This document shows, one piece after another, positions 12,512 to 25,655 of a DNA stretch of 64,000 bases (positions are counted from its first letter, which is position 1; the number at the start of each line of letters is the position of its first letter). This stretch comes from Octopus sinensis (lineage: Eukaryota). The stretch spans positions 70,060,001 through 70,124,000 of the forward strand of contig NC_043005.1 in the NCBI RefSeq assembly GCF_006345805.1, in the 5' to 3' direction. The notes under the pieces were generated by a model. That model worked only from the letters and a program-made list of their open reading frames with translations, was not told the DNA's origin and did not search any database. The position numbers and the translations under genes were made by a program.

Positions 12512-13944
12512 GTTAGTTAGTTAGTTAGTTAGTTAATTTGGCTCAAAAGCAAATAGCAAGGCCATGTAGGGGGACATGGAGTTAAGTACAGGGTGGTGTT
12601 CATGTAAAGAGTTCAGGCCACTTGAGGTCCAGGGAGGCTTTGAACAAAGCGGTCGTCGGCATCTTCACCATCTCGTCTGGCAGCTTGTTCCACGGATCCG
12701 CAACCCGGACGGAGAAAGCTCCTCTCCTTCGATTGAGATGAAATCGTCGCAGGTAGAGCATTCCGGAATGACCCCGCAGCCGACGCTCCAGAGCAGGAGT
12801 GAAGAACAGCTTTTTCGAGAGGTTACACTTCCCGCTTATGATGTTGTGGGCGAGAATGAGATCACCACGGCGGCGGCGTTTTTCAAGAGAATAAAGGTCG
12901 AGCGTCATCAGCCTTTCTTCGTAGGACAAATTTTTGAGACCATGAACCATGCGGGTAGCCAGCCTCTGGACTCTTTCGAGATGCTGTATGTCTTTGAGGA
13001 GATAAGGAGAAGAGGCTTGAATCCCATACTCCAATATGGGTCTCACCAGCGTGACATAGAGTGGCAGGAATATGGCTGCTGTGAGCATTCCGAATGACCG
13101 TCGAATCAAAAACAGAATTCCGCGCGCTTTGTTGGCAGCATGGACGCACTGGGCCGAAGGCGAAAAGGAGGAATCCACCAAGATACCCAGGTCCTTTACC
13201 TGATCGGTCCTCTCCAGCAGCAGAGGACCCGGCGCGAAATCAAGTTGAGTTGCAGGAGTAGAGCCGACAGGCAGATGACAGCACTTTGACACGTTCAGAC
13301 ACAGGTCCCAATCGTTAGACCACTTCCAAATTTGGTGGAGGCATCGACGAAGATCATCTATACTACCGCGAGGAGCGACCAGTTTGATATCGTCGGCAAA
13401 TAGAAGGGTGTGTTGCGTGAGGTCGTCGGGCAAGTCATTTATGAAGACTAAGAACAACAAGGGCCCAAGCACTGAACCTTGAGGCACGCCACTGCTCGCA
13501 CTGGAGACGTCGGACCGCGAACCATTAACTTGAACTTGGAAGGAGCGATCTGAGAGGATGGCACCAACCCATCGTACAATATCCGGATGGAAACTATATG
13601 CTTGAACCTTGACAAGTAGTAGGCGGTGGTTTACCGAGTCAAAAGCTTTGGCAAAGTCCAATAAAACGATGTCAACAGCATCACTATCATCGAGGATGCG
13701 CGTCACCAATTCTTCCATTACTAGTAAGTTGGTCACGCATGATCTCTTCGGCACGAAGCCGTGTTGGGAATCGGTGATCGAGGCTGTGTTTAGGAGGTGG
13801 AGCATCATACTTTTCTTAAGGATGGTTTCGAACATCTTGCTGATTATTGATGTAAGGGAAACCGGTCGGTAGTTAAGCGGGTCTTCGCGGCTCCCTTTCT
13901 TGAAAATTGGGCAGATTATCGCTGTTCTCCAGTCTGCAGGTATG
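12512..13944 (-). mobile_element. Young 5'-truncated CR1-clade LINE with (TAAC)n tail
   Basis: GC-rich block with an open RT frame, a short 3' UTR containing a CCATGT/ACATGG stem-loop (12562-12579) and a (GTTA)n tail at 12512-12535. A TSD-like (A/G)TATG lies at 12508-12512 and 13940-13944. Confidence 0.95.
12600..13943 (-). CDS. LINE ORF2 reverse transcriptase, C-terminal ~447 aa, uninterrupted but 5'-truncated
   Basis: NYRPVSLTS, QHGF, LDFAKAFDSV, GVPQGSVLGPLLFLVFINDL, LLFADD, YEERL...RRRRGDLI, FSVRVADPWNKLP. Confidence 0.92.
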   Translation of the reverse strand: MPADWRTAIICPIFKKGSREDPLNYRPVSLTSIISKMFETILKKSMMLHLLNTASITDSQHGFVPKRSCVTNLLVMEELVTRILDDSDAVDIVLLDFAKAFDSVNHRLLLVKVQAYSFHPDIVRWVGAILSDRSFQVQVNGSRSDVSSASSGVPQGSVLGPLLFLVFINDLPDDLTQHTLLFADDIKLVAPRGSIDDLRRCLHQIWKWSNDWDLCLNVSKCCHLPVGSTPATQLDFAPGPLLLERTDQVKDLGILVDSSFSPSAQCVHAANKARGILFLIRRSFGMLTAAIFLPLYVTLVRPILEYGIQASSPYLLKDIQHLERVQRLATRMVHGLKNLSYEERLMTLDLYSLEKRRRRGDLILAHNIISGKCNLSKKLFFTPALERRLRGHSGMLYLRRFHLNRRRGAFSVRVADPWNKLPDEMVKMPTTALFKASLDLKWPELFT

Positions 13945-14245
13945 GTTTTGTATGTCACACTATGGACTTAGTTGCCACACAAAATCAGTCAATATGTTGA
14001 ATGCCTTGTTGGATTTCTTGAAGGTGGCGACATGTTTTTCATAATGATTCTTAAAAGAATCAGTTGTTACCCCAATGTAAACATATGATGTCCCCTTGTG
14101 TGTACATTACAGTTATATACCAGATTTATACTCATACAGGGGTTCATCAATGGATATCTTGATTTTTCTCTCCATGAACATTATATTTAGATGTATATAT
14201 GACAGTTCTGGCTTAATTTTCTTATGTTGTAACCGTGTTAGCAAC

Positions 14246-14246
<1 letters not shown>

Positions 14247-14276
<30 letters not shown>

Positions 14277-14310
14277 TATTATTATTATTATTATATTATT
14301 ATTATTATTA
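14247..14310. repeat. (ATT)n microsatellite at the 3' flank of the PLE
   Basis: Read directly from the sequence. Confidence 0.95.
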
Positions 14311-14319
14311 AGACGAAGA

Positions 14320-16060
14320 GCGCGATTCGATTGTATGATATTTTATTCAACGATATTTCAACAGTACGTATGTCTTTGTCAAGTTCAAAATAAGAAGTGA
14401 TAAAAATTCAAAATTACAGAAATTTAAAAGTAAAGTAAGAACGAGAGCAATCAGCGTCCACACGTTGATGGAATGACATCATCAGTTTTTAAATTGCAAT
14501 GTTATAACAGGCGAAAATAAAAAGACAAAAAAGAAGACGACAAACAGAAATAGAGAGAAAGAAGAATATTTAACCAAACAGTCTGGTATAAATTTGATGA
14601 GAATCCTCCTGTCATCTTATTCATTCCTCCAGGGCGTGATGTTAATAACCTGCAAACATATTTCTCCTCATACATTCTGAGAAGTGAAAATGAAGCACAT
14701 TCAGAATATTTTCTGAGAATATGCACTTTCAAGTCTTCTCCAAAATTGCAGCCGCTCGAAAAGAAAGATTCAGCAGGTTCTGTCAAACTACTGTTATTGT
14801 GCCTGGCATCGAATCTGTGCCCATTAAACATTTTGTTTAATTGTTCTGTTGTACAACCAACATAAATTAAGTTGGGTTTCATGCATTCTGCAGCACACGC
14901 CAAATGGGAATCTTTACATGTTCCAACTTCTCTATAAATCATAACATTTCTGTTATGATTTCTGATGGAATTCACTTCACTCATGTTGTTGCACAATGAA
15001 CAAGGCATACCTACCTTGCGGCTCTTCTTTAAGGTACAGCGTGTAGATATTCCAATGTTCGTTTTCTTGGAGTCAGATATAAAGGTCAATAATTCTCTTA
15101 TATTCTTATTCCGTCTAAATGCTACAATAAGCGGCTGAGGAAATATACGTTTGAAACGAGGATATTTTTCGCCACGTGCTGGTAACTTTCATGCAATAGT
15201 TTTGAAATGATTCGCTGTATCCGCGTTTGACATGACATACAGAAGCATTTGCATGTTTCCAGTAATCCCCTATGTCATTACAAATCTTTTTTATCCTCGA
15301 AAATAGGGGTTTTGGATTTGACCGAATACGATGAAGTGGATGATTGGAGCGGCGCTGGAGAGGAATGTGGGATGGCGTGGGCTTGCAAAATAACTTTGTC
15401 GCTATTCTGCCTCCAGAAAACTTGACTTTTGTGTCCAAATATTCAACACTAGTTTTTGAAAAACTAGACGTAAATTTTATGTTGGAACTAAAGCCATAGT
15501 TTCTAGCGTAACAGTCACAGAAATGCAAGAAGTCGATTAAACTATTCTGGGATCTTTCCCAGACAAAAAATACGTCAATGAACCGTAACCAGAGTTTTGG
15601 TTCATGACCATGAAGGGATTTGAAAGTCTTCGGTAGCAGTGTCTAGAATTTCGTCATGAAAACATTAGCGAAATTAACAGCCATAGAGGTACCCATAGCG
15701 CAATCCTTCGTCTTCTCTTGGTAAAATCTTTGTCTAAACTTCATTGTGTTGCTTTCTAACACAAACCTCAGTAATCTACAGAGAAAATTTGATGGAATAC
15801 TTTTGTTTGACCGCTTTTCGAAGGCACCCCCAAAATTCTCAAGTTATCTTCGTTGAAAACTGAGAACTGCGTATTGGGATGTGATAGAGGACATCATGAT
15901 TCTTATATTTGTTGATTAGCTTAATTGTTTTGGTGTGTTAGGGACAATTTATTGTGCTATGAATTTCAGTTTGTAGTTTTTTGATTTGACCAGTTCACCC
16001 TGGTCTCTATTCTCGATCTGAAGCAGTTCGCTTACTGTAAGGTTGTGTTGGTGTGCAATG
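14320..16060 (-). mobile_element. Penelope-like retroelement relic (Neptune-like): RT, GIY-YIG and 3' pLTR
   Basis: AMGTSMAVNFANVFM, WLRFID, NIKFT...VEYLDTKV...KLFCKPT...SNHP, PCSLC, IYVGCTTEQL...FNGHRFD, RPGGMN. The 3' end carries an HHR variant and AATAAA. Confidence 0.9.
14349..14385 (-). ncRNA. Minimal type I hammerhead variant with U3-A8 core in the PLE 3' pLTR
   Basis: Minus strand: AAC-TTGACAA-A-GACA-tacgtac-TGTT-GAAA-TA-TC|GTT-GAATAAAA. Confidence 0.62.
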
Positions 16061-17369
16061 TGTATTATGATTGGAGGAATTGGCAGAGTTATGTATACCT
16101 ATGCCTTGTATATACTGAATTTTCTCTCGGTATCTTTAGCCGTAGCTAAAGAAGTATTATATGTGTGTGTATGTGTATAGTTTCATTGTGTGTGTGTTCT
16201 TATGTATATATTTGTATTTAGATTGACAGATAGATAGAGAAATATGTCTATTATAAGCAGAGAAGTATTGCTTGAAATACATTACTTACATGCGTCCTTC
16301 TTTTGTGGGATACATACAAAAGTTTCATCTATTTTATTCATTTCTAAATCATGGTTTTTCCTTTTCGCAAATATCGTCTCTATCCCCTCTCTAATCGAAC
16401 AGTCTTTTTGATGTTTTTCTTCCTAGGTATAATGTGTTGCAGAGAAATAAGCACATGAAAGTACCTGGAAGTGTTTCTAAAACTAGATATAAATACTTGA
16501 AAAACCATTAATATTTTAGAATATATATTATTTTTTTTCGGTTTGAAGATAAAATTTAGACAATTTAAATCATTTGAAGATTATTTATAAAAATTGGTAA
16601 ATTTCCTGGCTCATTTTAGATCTAACGGAACGGTAGATTTAAATACAGATTTCTCATTGTTTTCATACACACTCAGACACACATAGCCACGCACACACAC
16701 ACATACACACACACACACTCACTCACATATATATATGCACGTTATATGTTTTTTCTATAAAATTCTCCCCACAACATACCAAAACATCTATCTGTAGTAG
16801 ATTTTGGGAAATGGTGAAAAATATTTTTCCTTTTGTAATATCTGAGAATGATGGGGAAATCCTCTTGACTAGATTTTATTCAAGATACGCATCCAGCTCA
16901 TTCTACTTGAAATATGAGACACTTTATTTTTTGATTGGTCTAAATTTGTGAATGACGCCCTATGAAGATACTTTTTATTCGCTAACTCGGATATTTTGTT
17001 TCTTATTTTGTTCATGTTTTGCTTCTCAATTTTATACTAACCTCCATTTTCAGATAAAATAATTGTAAAACCATTTATTTTTCAATAATAACTTTTAATA
17101 ATTGTTCAATAATTGATTAAGTAAGCAAGTAACCATCCAATAATGAGAAACGGTCCGTTTCTGAAATTTCCTTCCTGCATGCCTGCGATGTGTTCGAGAA
17201 TAGGCTTTGTCATGAAAAATTGGTTTCATTTTTATGAGCAAAATTTGAATATGTGTACTTTTCAAGTTTAATTACTTTCTATATTACAATCGTTTCTTTA
17301 TTTAGTATATATAACATGAAAAATACTTACTTGAAAATATTTAATATATTTAGAGCCAGACGATGTTGT

Positions 17370-17470
17370 GCGGTAAAAGGTAAAAAGTTTTTTTCCAAAC
17401 ACATGGTTCCAGGTTCAGTTCTACTACACAGCCCCATGAATAATTTTCTTCTACAATATCTGCCGGTACG
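17370..17470 (+). mobile_element. Degenerate SINE family B head fragment
   Basis: CCAAACACATGGTTCCAGGTTCAGTTCTACT matches the family B B-box region. Confidence 0.5.
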
Positions 17471-19073
17471 CAACTATAGTACAATAAAGATAATATAAAT
17501 AGCTAGGCGTGGTAGAATAGCATAAAGGAAATGTTATATTGTCACTAATTGTGACTATGGGTGCCGAAGCACCGGTATTGCAGGAAATAAGTTAAAACAC
17601 ACTTAATGTTGTAAGGAGGGCGCAATATATAATCCCTGATAGAGGAGATAGCCGCCACTTGCAACATAGGAGCTTTGACACCCTTAGTAAAAATTAGAGA
17701 CAATAAAATTTTCCCTTTGTTGTAATATATCGTGCCTAACTCTATATATTAATGTTTGAGAGTATGTCTGTAAATCAGCCATACATTTGTATCATAATTT
17801 ATACACTGACAGCCTGATTTAGCCACTCCAACAACCGTTTGAGTAGTCGTTACTGAGGAGACTACCACTGATACGCGAAACTAGCCTAGTTTAGTAATCC
17901 TAGAAACCCTTATGGTGTAGTTATCTCCTCACTCAGTGAGTATAAATTGCGTGTTTCTTACAACCTAAAGATATTTAACTCATATCTTGTAATATACATG
18001 CTTTGTCACACTTAGTCCGAATTAGTGATCATAAAAATTTTCCATAAACATACTTACAAACATACATATATTTATATGTGTGTGTGTACATTTAAAAAAA
18101 ACACATGTAATATATATAAGCACAAACAAACTGGAACAAATGGAGAACATACATACAGAGTGTCTCCAAGTCCTTTTCAGTTGTCGTCTCTGAGTGTGTT
18201 CTCTTTTTTTGTATATTATGAGTGTTTCTTTTTTTACATATTTACATATATTTAATGTAACGCAACACACCGTCTTATTTTCTTTATATTCGGTGAATTT
18301 CCATATATATATATATGCAGAAAGGAGAAGGTGAATACGTTATTTTCGACGTTGCGTGAGGCAAAAAAGTACTATGGTCTATTGTAGATTGAATAATATT
18401 ACATGTGCTTTCATCATAGTTGAGTGCAAACGAGATGTCAAACAATATTTCCTATTACAATAGAAGATAAGTCAGAAAACGAATAAATTGACTGCATCAA
18501 CAGAAGTAGTAAATGAAAGACTATAGTTTTGTTGCTTCCCTTTTGTCTGATGGTTTACTGACAGGGTGCCATTTTACCAGGAATTATATGTTGTATATTA
18601 TATAGATACATAGTTTCATATTGAATTTTTCTCACATTCTCTCTCTCTCTCTCTCTCTTTCTCTCTTTCCACACACACACACACCTATGTATATATATAT
18701 ATTCAAGGTAGAAATTATGGGAGGTAATTAAACGTGGTTGAATATATACGGAATGAAATAAGAAGAATAAACACAGATATGTTTTAGTAGACTAAAGAAT
18801 ATATTAGAATCATAATGACAAATGTATTATACAATATTGTACAAAATAAGGTTTTTTCCTTCCAACATAATAAGCGATTTCGCTACCACTTTTCAGACTT
18901 TGAGTTTTGGATGTAATTCTGAATTAGACATTTTGTTTAATTCGGGGGATAAATAGTAATTCAGGTATTTTTCAGTAAATCTGTAATTTTTAACATTGGC
19001 CTGCATATCCTTCTGGCTTATCTTACAATAGATGGGTTACATCTTTTGTTTTCAAAATGTGCTTATATATAAA

Positions 19074-19291
19074 GGCGCCTTGTTGGCAGAATCGTTAGAA
19101 CGCCGAGCGAAATGCTTAGCTGTGTTTTGTCTGCCGTTACGTCCTGAGTTCAAATTCTGCGGAGGTCGACTTTGCCTTTCATCCTTTCGGGGACGATAAA
19201 TTAACTACCAGTTACGCACTGAGGTCGATGTAATCGACGTAATCCGTTTGTCTGTCTTTGCTTGTCCCCTCAATGTTTATCCCCCTGTGGG
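19074..19291 (+). mobile_element. SINE family A, full length
   Basis: Complete head, GACTTTGCCTTTCATCCTTTCGGGG core and 3' CCCCTGTGGG. Confidence 0.88.
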
Positions 19292-19415
19292 TTCGGCAAA
19301 AATGATTGTGAAAATAAATACCAGTCCGAGGTCAATTTTTTCGACTGAAAGAAATTGTTCAATGCGTTGTCCGAACATGGCCACCGACTAATGATTGAAA
19401 CAAATAAAAGATAAA
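19292..19415 (+). mobile_element. SINE family B 3' segment fused to the preceding SINE
   Basis: TTCGGCAAAAA...AACATGGCCACCGACTAATGATTGAAACAAATAAAAGATAAAG. Confidence 0.6.
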
Positions 19416-19424
19416 GCATAAATG

Positions 19425-19471
<47 letters not shown>

Positions 19472-20018
19472 GGGGGGTATTTATACACGCACACTCGCAT
19501 TGACCGGACACAGAATACTGGTTTTGGCAATACAAGGTATTTTAATAATTGGTTTCGAGTGCACATATTTCATTGGATAAAATCGATTGATTAACCTTTT
19601 TCATATTTGCGAGAATAATTGAGAATAAACGTACCAAAATGGCTATATATTCCTGAGGTGTATTTTTATTATAACTGTTTACTGAAAGGTTTCGCTCGTA
19701 TGAAAACGTAATTACTTTGACACGATGTCACAAACACCCAAAACATCGCTTTAACCACCACAGTAGGGAATCATTGAAAATCACATTACATTGCACTCTA
19801 CACGTTTATATATATATATATTTGGATTTGGGATTTCATAACAGCTATAATGTTCTGCAACCTATATTTGCACTACTCGTGCATTATAATGGCAAACGTA
19901 CTAACTACTAGTTGCAGCTTATGTTTTTGGTAAACTAAAAAAATGAACACAAACCAAGAAATAAAGTGCTAGGTGTAATTGATATGTAACTCTATATTTA
20001 CCAAGCAATATCCGTGCT

Positions 20019-20250
20019 GGAGGCGCTTGTTTTAGTGGTTAAGTTGTTGGACGTCTGATTATAAGATTGTATTTTCTCTTCCTGGACTTGGCAACGCGTT
20101 GTGTCTTTTAGCATAGTACTTCATTTCGCATTGCTCCGGTCCTCGTAACTAGTAAAATTAAGTAATCCTGGGACGGACCAGTGCCCCATCCACGTGGGGG
20201 AATATATACACCATTGAAACCGGGAAAGCGGCCCTATGTGTGTATACGAC
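20019..20250 (+). mobile_element. SINE family D, diverged
   Basis: GGAGGCGC-TTGTTTAGTGGTTAAG head, then GCGTTGTGTC...CATTTCGCATTGCTCCGGTCC...GTAATCCTG. Confidence 0.55.
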
Positions 20251-20579
20251 TCGGGAAGAAAATTACCTATCAATATCCGCCATATGCATAAGTATATAAA
20301 CCACCAATTGTTGGGTGATTCCCCACAAATCCTTCATAGTCCTATTACCCTGCCGTCGTAAAACAATGTAACGACTTAGCGAATACAACAAGGCCCTATC
20401 TTTTATTGACGATATATAATGAATTGTCAATTGTATATACTTACACATGTCTGTGATCATCCAAATGTACGCATTATTAATTAAATATGTCACTTATTTT
20501 CGAAAAGTTTCATTTTGTATCTTCATACCACTTATGTGAGTGTGCTTCAGTGTGTATTTTACACAATAGCCTGTGTATA

Positions 20580-20900
20580 ACTTACTAAAATTTGCAAAGG
20601 TTTTCAACCTATATATCTCTTATGTACCATGTCCTTACAATGTGGCTACAAGTCTTTTCTCCCTTGCCGTGTAGTCAGCATATTATCAAAAATATTTCTC
20701 CATATATTCTTTCTTGGAACATGTTTTCCTATGGCATGTTCTTTGGATGGTATAATATGTTCAGTTGCTTCAGACCTCCCCCAGCACTGTTACTTATCCA
20801 CTCGTTATTCCGAGCGCTTCTATTGTAAGCGGTGTTCATGAAGAAAATTCAAAGCAGTTTTCATAGTTTTTCTTTCCTTGTTTCCACGATAACCTCTTTC
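20580..20900 (-). mobile_element. Possible RTE-like LINE tether-region relic
   Basis: Minus translation EATEHIIPSKEHAIGKHVPRKNIW...PHCKDMVHKRYIG resembles the inter-domain region; weak match. Confidence 0.3.
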
Positions 20901-21429
20901 TCTTTTTGCAACATATTTATTGTGATTCTTTTTTCTTCCAAGCTCTTAGCATTTCTCTTTTTTTACGGTACAAGATGGTACAGACACTGTTCCTCCATTA
21001 AAACACGACCTTCTACGCTAATCAATCTTTTCCATCACCACTGCGTTTCATGTTAAGTTTAGCAATATCCTTTTTTAAGGAACGTTATGTAACGTCAGCA
21101 GCTTTCTAGTTTCCCAATCAATATCCTGCAGTATTTAGGAGTTCCGGTTGATGCTGCATGCTTTGTAATGGCGATTGATACAAGCGTGCATTTATGGCTA
21201 TGTTAACATGTTTACTGCTCAGAGATTTTTTTTAATGATCTGTTGGCATTTATTAGGTAATCGTTTTTCATTGTACCGCTAGTTATTTGCTTGTGTCTTT
21301 TATGCTATCAGCTTCCAGCATACAGTTTGTCTCTCTTCATGCCAAGGATACATCACTTATTACCGTTAGATATGTCTTCACAGAATGCACCTATATATAT
21401 TATTATTTAAGAGAATCGCTTAAACATCG

Positions 21430-21545
21430 AAAGAAACCATCGATTTATTTAACGTCTTTACGTTCTGAATTCAAATCCCTCCGAAGTCAACTCAGCATTT
21501 CATCCCATCAGGCTCGATAAATTCAAGTACGGGGTACGTACTAAC
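21430..21545 (+). mobile_element. Degenerate SINE family A fragment
   Basis: TTACGTTCTGAATTCAAATCC...CATTTCATCCCATCAGGCTCGATAAATTCAAGTAC. Confidence 0.5.
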
Positions 21546-24500
21546 ATCGAAGATTTTGATTAACCCTATCACATCGAAGCTGTTACTGCTATTATCATTA
21601 TAGTTCTGGTTAATGTTGATATCCTATTATCATTATTGTCGTTGTTGTTCTTCGTCTTGTTATCACAATCACAAAACAAAAGTAACAAAAAGAATATAAT
21701 AATGAAATTTTGAATGTCTTCCTCTTGTTTTCCACGGAGAACTTCACTGTGATGGAGCTTATCACCTATCCTGTAGGACATCATTGTTTTCTCTGTACCG
21801 TTCTCTAATTATACAGCTTGTGCTCCTTCTACCCAATGCACTAAACAATTGTAAATTGCACCACATTCTATTGGCTTGTTAGTAAAATCATACTTACTTT
21901 CCAATCCTGTTTTTACATTTTACCATATTATAAAATGTGGAATAGACATGGATACGAAGTTTTTAATATATTTTTGCTTATTCGTTGCTGGTACGGAGCT
22001 ACACAGCAACGTTTTATAAATTTTAATGCTTTCTTGGATTACCACCCAAAGCTGGTATTCTTCATGTCGGGTATTAAATCATTTTGTTGGAACTTATTAT
22101 TTTTAAGATTCTTAACTATGTCTGAGCACTTCATTTCTAAGGAATTAATAAAAGCAAACGACTGTGACTCAACTGAGAATCGAATTTGTACTAGAGAACC
22201 ATTTGGACACTACCATCACGCTATGATGCATGCACTAATACCTATAAGAAAGTTGAGTACGAACTTTAGAAAGAATAAAAATCAATAATTGCACTAAATA
22301 AATCTTCTACTACCATACAGTCAAGTAACGCTGAAGGAGATTACCTCGAACTAAACATCCCTCTTAGAAACGTCAACGTTTTTATGTGTTTTCAAAATAT
22401 TAAAAGTCTAGGCACCAACACATAAGAATGGTTAAGCAACTCAATGAATATAAGTTACATAAATATTGAAGAACGATATATTTGCTGAAGAAAACAAAGA
22501 TTTTTCTAACACTACGAACAGTTTATAAAGTCTCTTATGAAATATGTCATTTCTGCTTTGATTATCATTGCATCATAAAATCATATTTAGACTTGACATA
22601 TTCGCTCAGGACACCGAGAGCTGAAAATTTGTTGGGAAAGATGCAGTTCATTGTATCCTTATTGGTACGTATAGCCGTAACACCAAAGAGATGAAAGGTA
22701 AAACAGAACCCATTGGGATGTACATTAAACATTTCAAAGAACAAAGAGAATTATGATTTTGTGTTTCAGTCACTTAGTCTAGTGTTTCTGCTAATATATC
22801 ATTTTAGCGTCGCGTCTAAACGGATTAGCCTTTAGCTAATCATTTCTGATATTTCCTGGAAAATCCACTTTTATAAAATTATATTTTTATTATTAGAACA
22901 TGATTCTTCTGTTTTATGAAAATAAAATTATCCATGTTTTACTTCAATCACTCTTGGTTTTATTGGCATGAATATTTAACAATGCGATGTCAATAACCAG
23001 GTTCTCTAGCACTAAGGACAATATATCAAGTATAATTGGCGGGTTAGCCTTTGCGTTCTTAGCTCGATTGAATCTCGGCAGACACAACGTTTGTCTAATA
23101 ATACATAGCGTTTTGACAATATTATACTATACTCACTACAAGCGTATATACAATTACAAACGAAATGTATACTGAATTGATTTTTTCGCTGCCTAGAACA
23201 GAACAGAATAAACTGTAACTTTCAAGCCAATATTATAAACAGATGTAAATATTTCCTTTCTATATAATGGAGATAAATTTATCTACTATGGGGCATCAGT
23301 ATAGCAATGAATTGTGTGAATGGAAAATGTATTTGTCTTACAGCTTGTAGCTCTGTATCGTCAGATGTTCATTTCGTTTTTAAGCTGGCGCAGGAAAAAA
23401 TTATTGGTTTTAGTTCACTTCGCTTTCAAAATTTCTATACAAGATTAATTCAGGAATTCAGCTGAGATCTACTAATATCTACTCATAAGATTTTTCATAG
23501 ACAGGAGTAACATTCTCAGATATTACTATCAATTACCTACGTAAATTTTAATCATCGAAGCTGCGCCTAGTTCTTACATCATCAAAAGAGAAAAATCATT
23601 CTTATTTTGCAAAATACATTGTCAGTAGTATTATTTGGTTTCTAAAACTTAATACGGCATTTGCATAATGACTATATGGTGTACAATAAACTTACCCATT
23701 AAATGGTGGGTCTGTGAAAGCCTTAGCAGCACTCATTTTTCTCCACAGCAGACAAGTATTTGTTTTCAATAATGATTAGAATAATTATGTGCACACTTAG
23801 TACCTTAGTACAAGAAAGCATGATGAATCATTTGTTTCAAACGAGGACTTCAAAATAATTTGCAATGCCCTTTCAACTACACTCCTACCAAATTATTTTA
23901 TATACATTTCATCATTAATCCCCGTCCAATTAAGAAGCTTTAATTAGAAATAAAACGCTTTATAGTGTTCATCTTTCTGATGCACCGTATAATTATATGA
24001 ACAACTCTCTACGTATATGAGAGATGCATTTGAAACTACCTTCTCAACCTGGTTACATGTATACATTACACTACCCAATTTTAACTTATTAACAAGACGA
24101 TAACAAGACGAAATATTCCACCACTGAAATTAAAATGAACAATTATAAAGATATGTATTTCAATGCCTCAATTATGATCAAGCAAAACTGGTTTTCATGG
24201 AAAATGATTGATTAATTTACACATATGTAGTGTTAATTAAGAGATTAACTGAAATTGATATTAAAGAATAAATTTATTAGTTTCTTAGTTAAATAGCAAC
24301 ACGAAAATTAACTTAAGTGTCATTAGTGTCAGAGATAAGATATATATTTAAAATATATATAGAAATATTCTGGCGAAATAGGAGAGTTTTCTATAATCTG
24401 TGGTGAGTTTGCTATAATATGGTACATAAGCGTATTATATGTCATGAAGTAAAACTAATTAATTTCAGCAACGTCATTTCTTTAAAGTTTAGAATTTTCG

Positions 24501-25282
24501 TGACATATAGACGACTGCAAAAATAATCATTATAACACAGCCCTAAAAGTAATGTCTCTTAAATTCCTGTTGGTGTTTCGCAGACGGGCTGTATTCATTT
24601 TTACTGTTTCTATTAGAGTGAGGCTTCTCTAAGTAGAGAGCACAGTTCTTTTTATAGAATGTTCATGGTGATACAGAAAACCTGTTTCTCACATGTCTTT
24701 CTTACTTAAAATTTACATTCATCTCACTATTGTAGGGTATCGCATAACAGCAAACTCACAACTATGAAAATCAATTTCACTAGAAACGGAACTATTTGCG
24801 CAACTGGTTAAAATATACACTCCGCTTCCTGAAGGTTCTGTACTCAATCTCTTTCAACAAGTACAATCTCAACGAGAGCTTTGGGTTGATTTGGTAGTGA
24901 AACTTTTAGCAGTGCTCTTCATATATACATACATACATTCATACATACACATACATACATATACATACATACACACACACACACACACATACATATATAT
25001 ATACTATAATATTAATTATAGACAAAACCACTATTTTGCAAATCAAACAAAGAAAGACTTAATCCAATACATAAAGAAATTTTAATATAAAGTAAATAAA
25101 ATTAAATTCGCCTCTACAATTGTTTCATGTATTTTTATGTATTGGATTAAGTCTTTCTTTGTTTGATTTGCAAAATAGTGGTTTTGTCTCTAATTAATAT
25201 TATATAATATTTTACTATAAAATTGGATTCAATCCTAAATCTGATTTTTCCCTGTAAATTTGGATTTATTCCCTAATATTTA

Positions 25283-25331
<49 letters not shown>

Positions 25332-25501
25332 ATATATATATACACACTCAGATATGAGAGGGAATCAACTATGTGGACGCTCTCACGCTGAAAATAGATC
25401 CGCAATGGTCTCAACCACTAAGAATTGTTCTCAAGAAAAATTAGCACAACTAGGAACGTAATCGAGCAGGACAAATGAAAAATAGCAAAAATATAGATTA
25501 A

Positions 25502-25576
25502 CCCCTGACAATTGTTTCACTGTTTATAAATTATGCAATTTTAGTTACACAATAAATCTACAGATCATCAGTGAGA
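25502..25576 (-). ncRNA. Type I hammerhead motif, left arm
   Basis: TCTCA-CTGATGA-T-CTGT...ACAG-T-GAAA-C-AATT-G-TC|AGGGG. Core intact; mismatches at stem I position 1.1 and at the stem II closing pair. Confidence 0.65.
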
Positions 25577-25585
25577 TTCGTCATA

Positions 25586-25655
25586 ATGATGATCTGTAGA
25601 TTTATTGTGTAAGTAAAATTGCATAATTTATTAACAGTGAAACAATTGTCTGGGG
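25586..25655 (+). ncRNA. Type I hammerhead motif, right arm, C3 lost
   Basis: ATGATGA-T-CTGT...ACAG-T-GAAA-C-AATT-G-TC|TGGGG. Confidence 0.55.

Noticed and set aside
12576-13097. 173-aa plus-strand ORF
   Set aside because: Antisense shadow of the GC-rich CR1 RT frame with no recognisable motif.
13945-13958. Annotated start 'MTYKT' of the 452-aa ORF
   Set aside because: These codons (GTG start) come from the flanking repeat, as the 37.6-kb paralogue shows. The LINE is 5'-truncated.
17556-17686. Possible 130-bp MITE (GGGTGCCGAAG...CTTTGACACCC)
   Set aside because: Only 9 of 11 terminal matches and a single copy in the window.
17850-17896. CTGAGGA...GAAA-CTAGCCTAG-TT hammerhead-like string
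   Set aside because: Stem II pairs poorly, and GACTAC pairs better with upstream GTAGTC. Too degenerate to call.
23335-23365. Minus-strand CTGACGA followed by a TACAG/CTGTA hairpin
   Set aside because: No GAAA after the hairpin.
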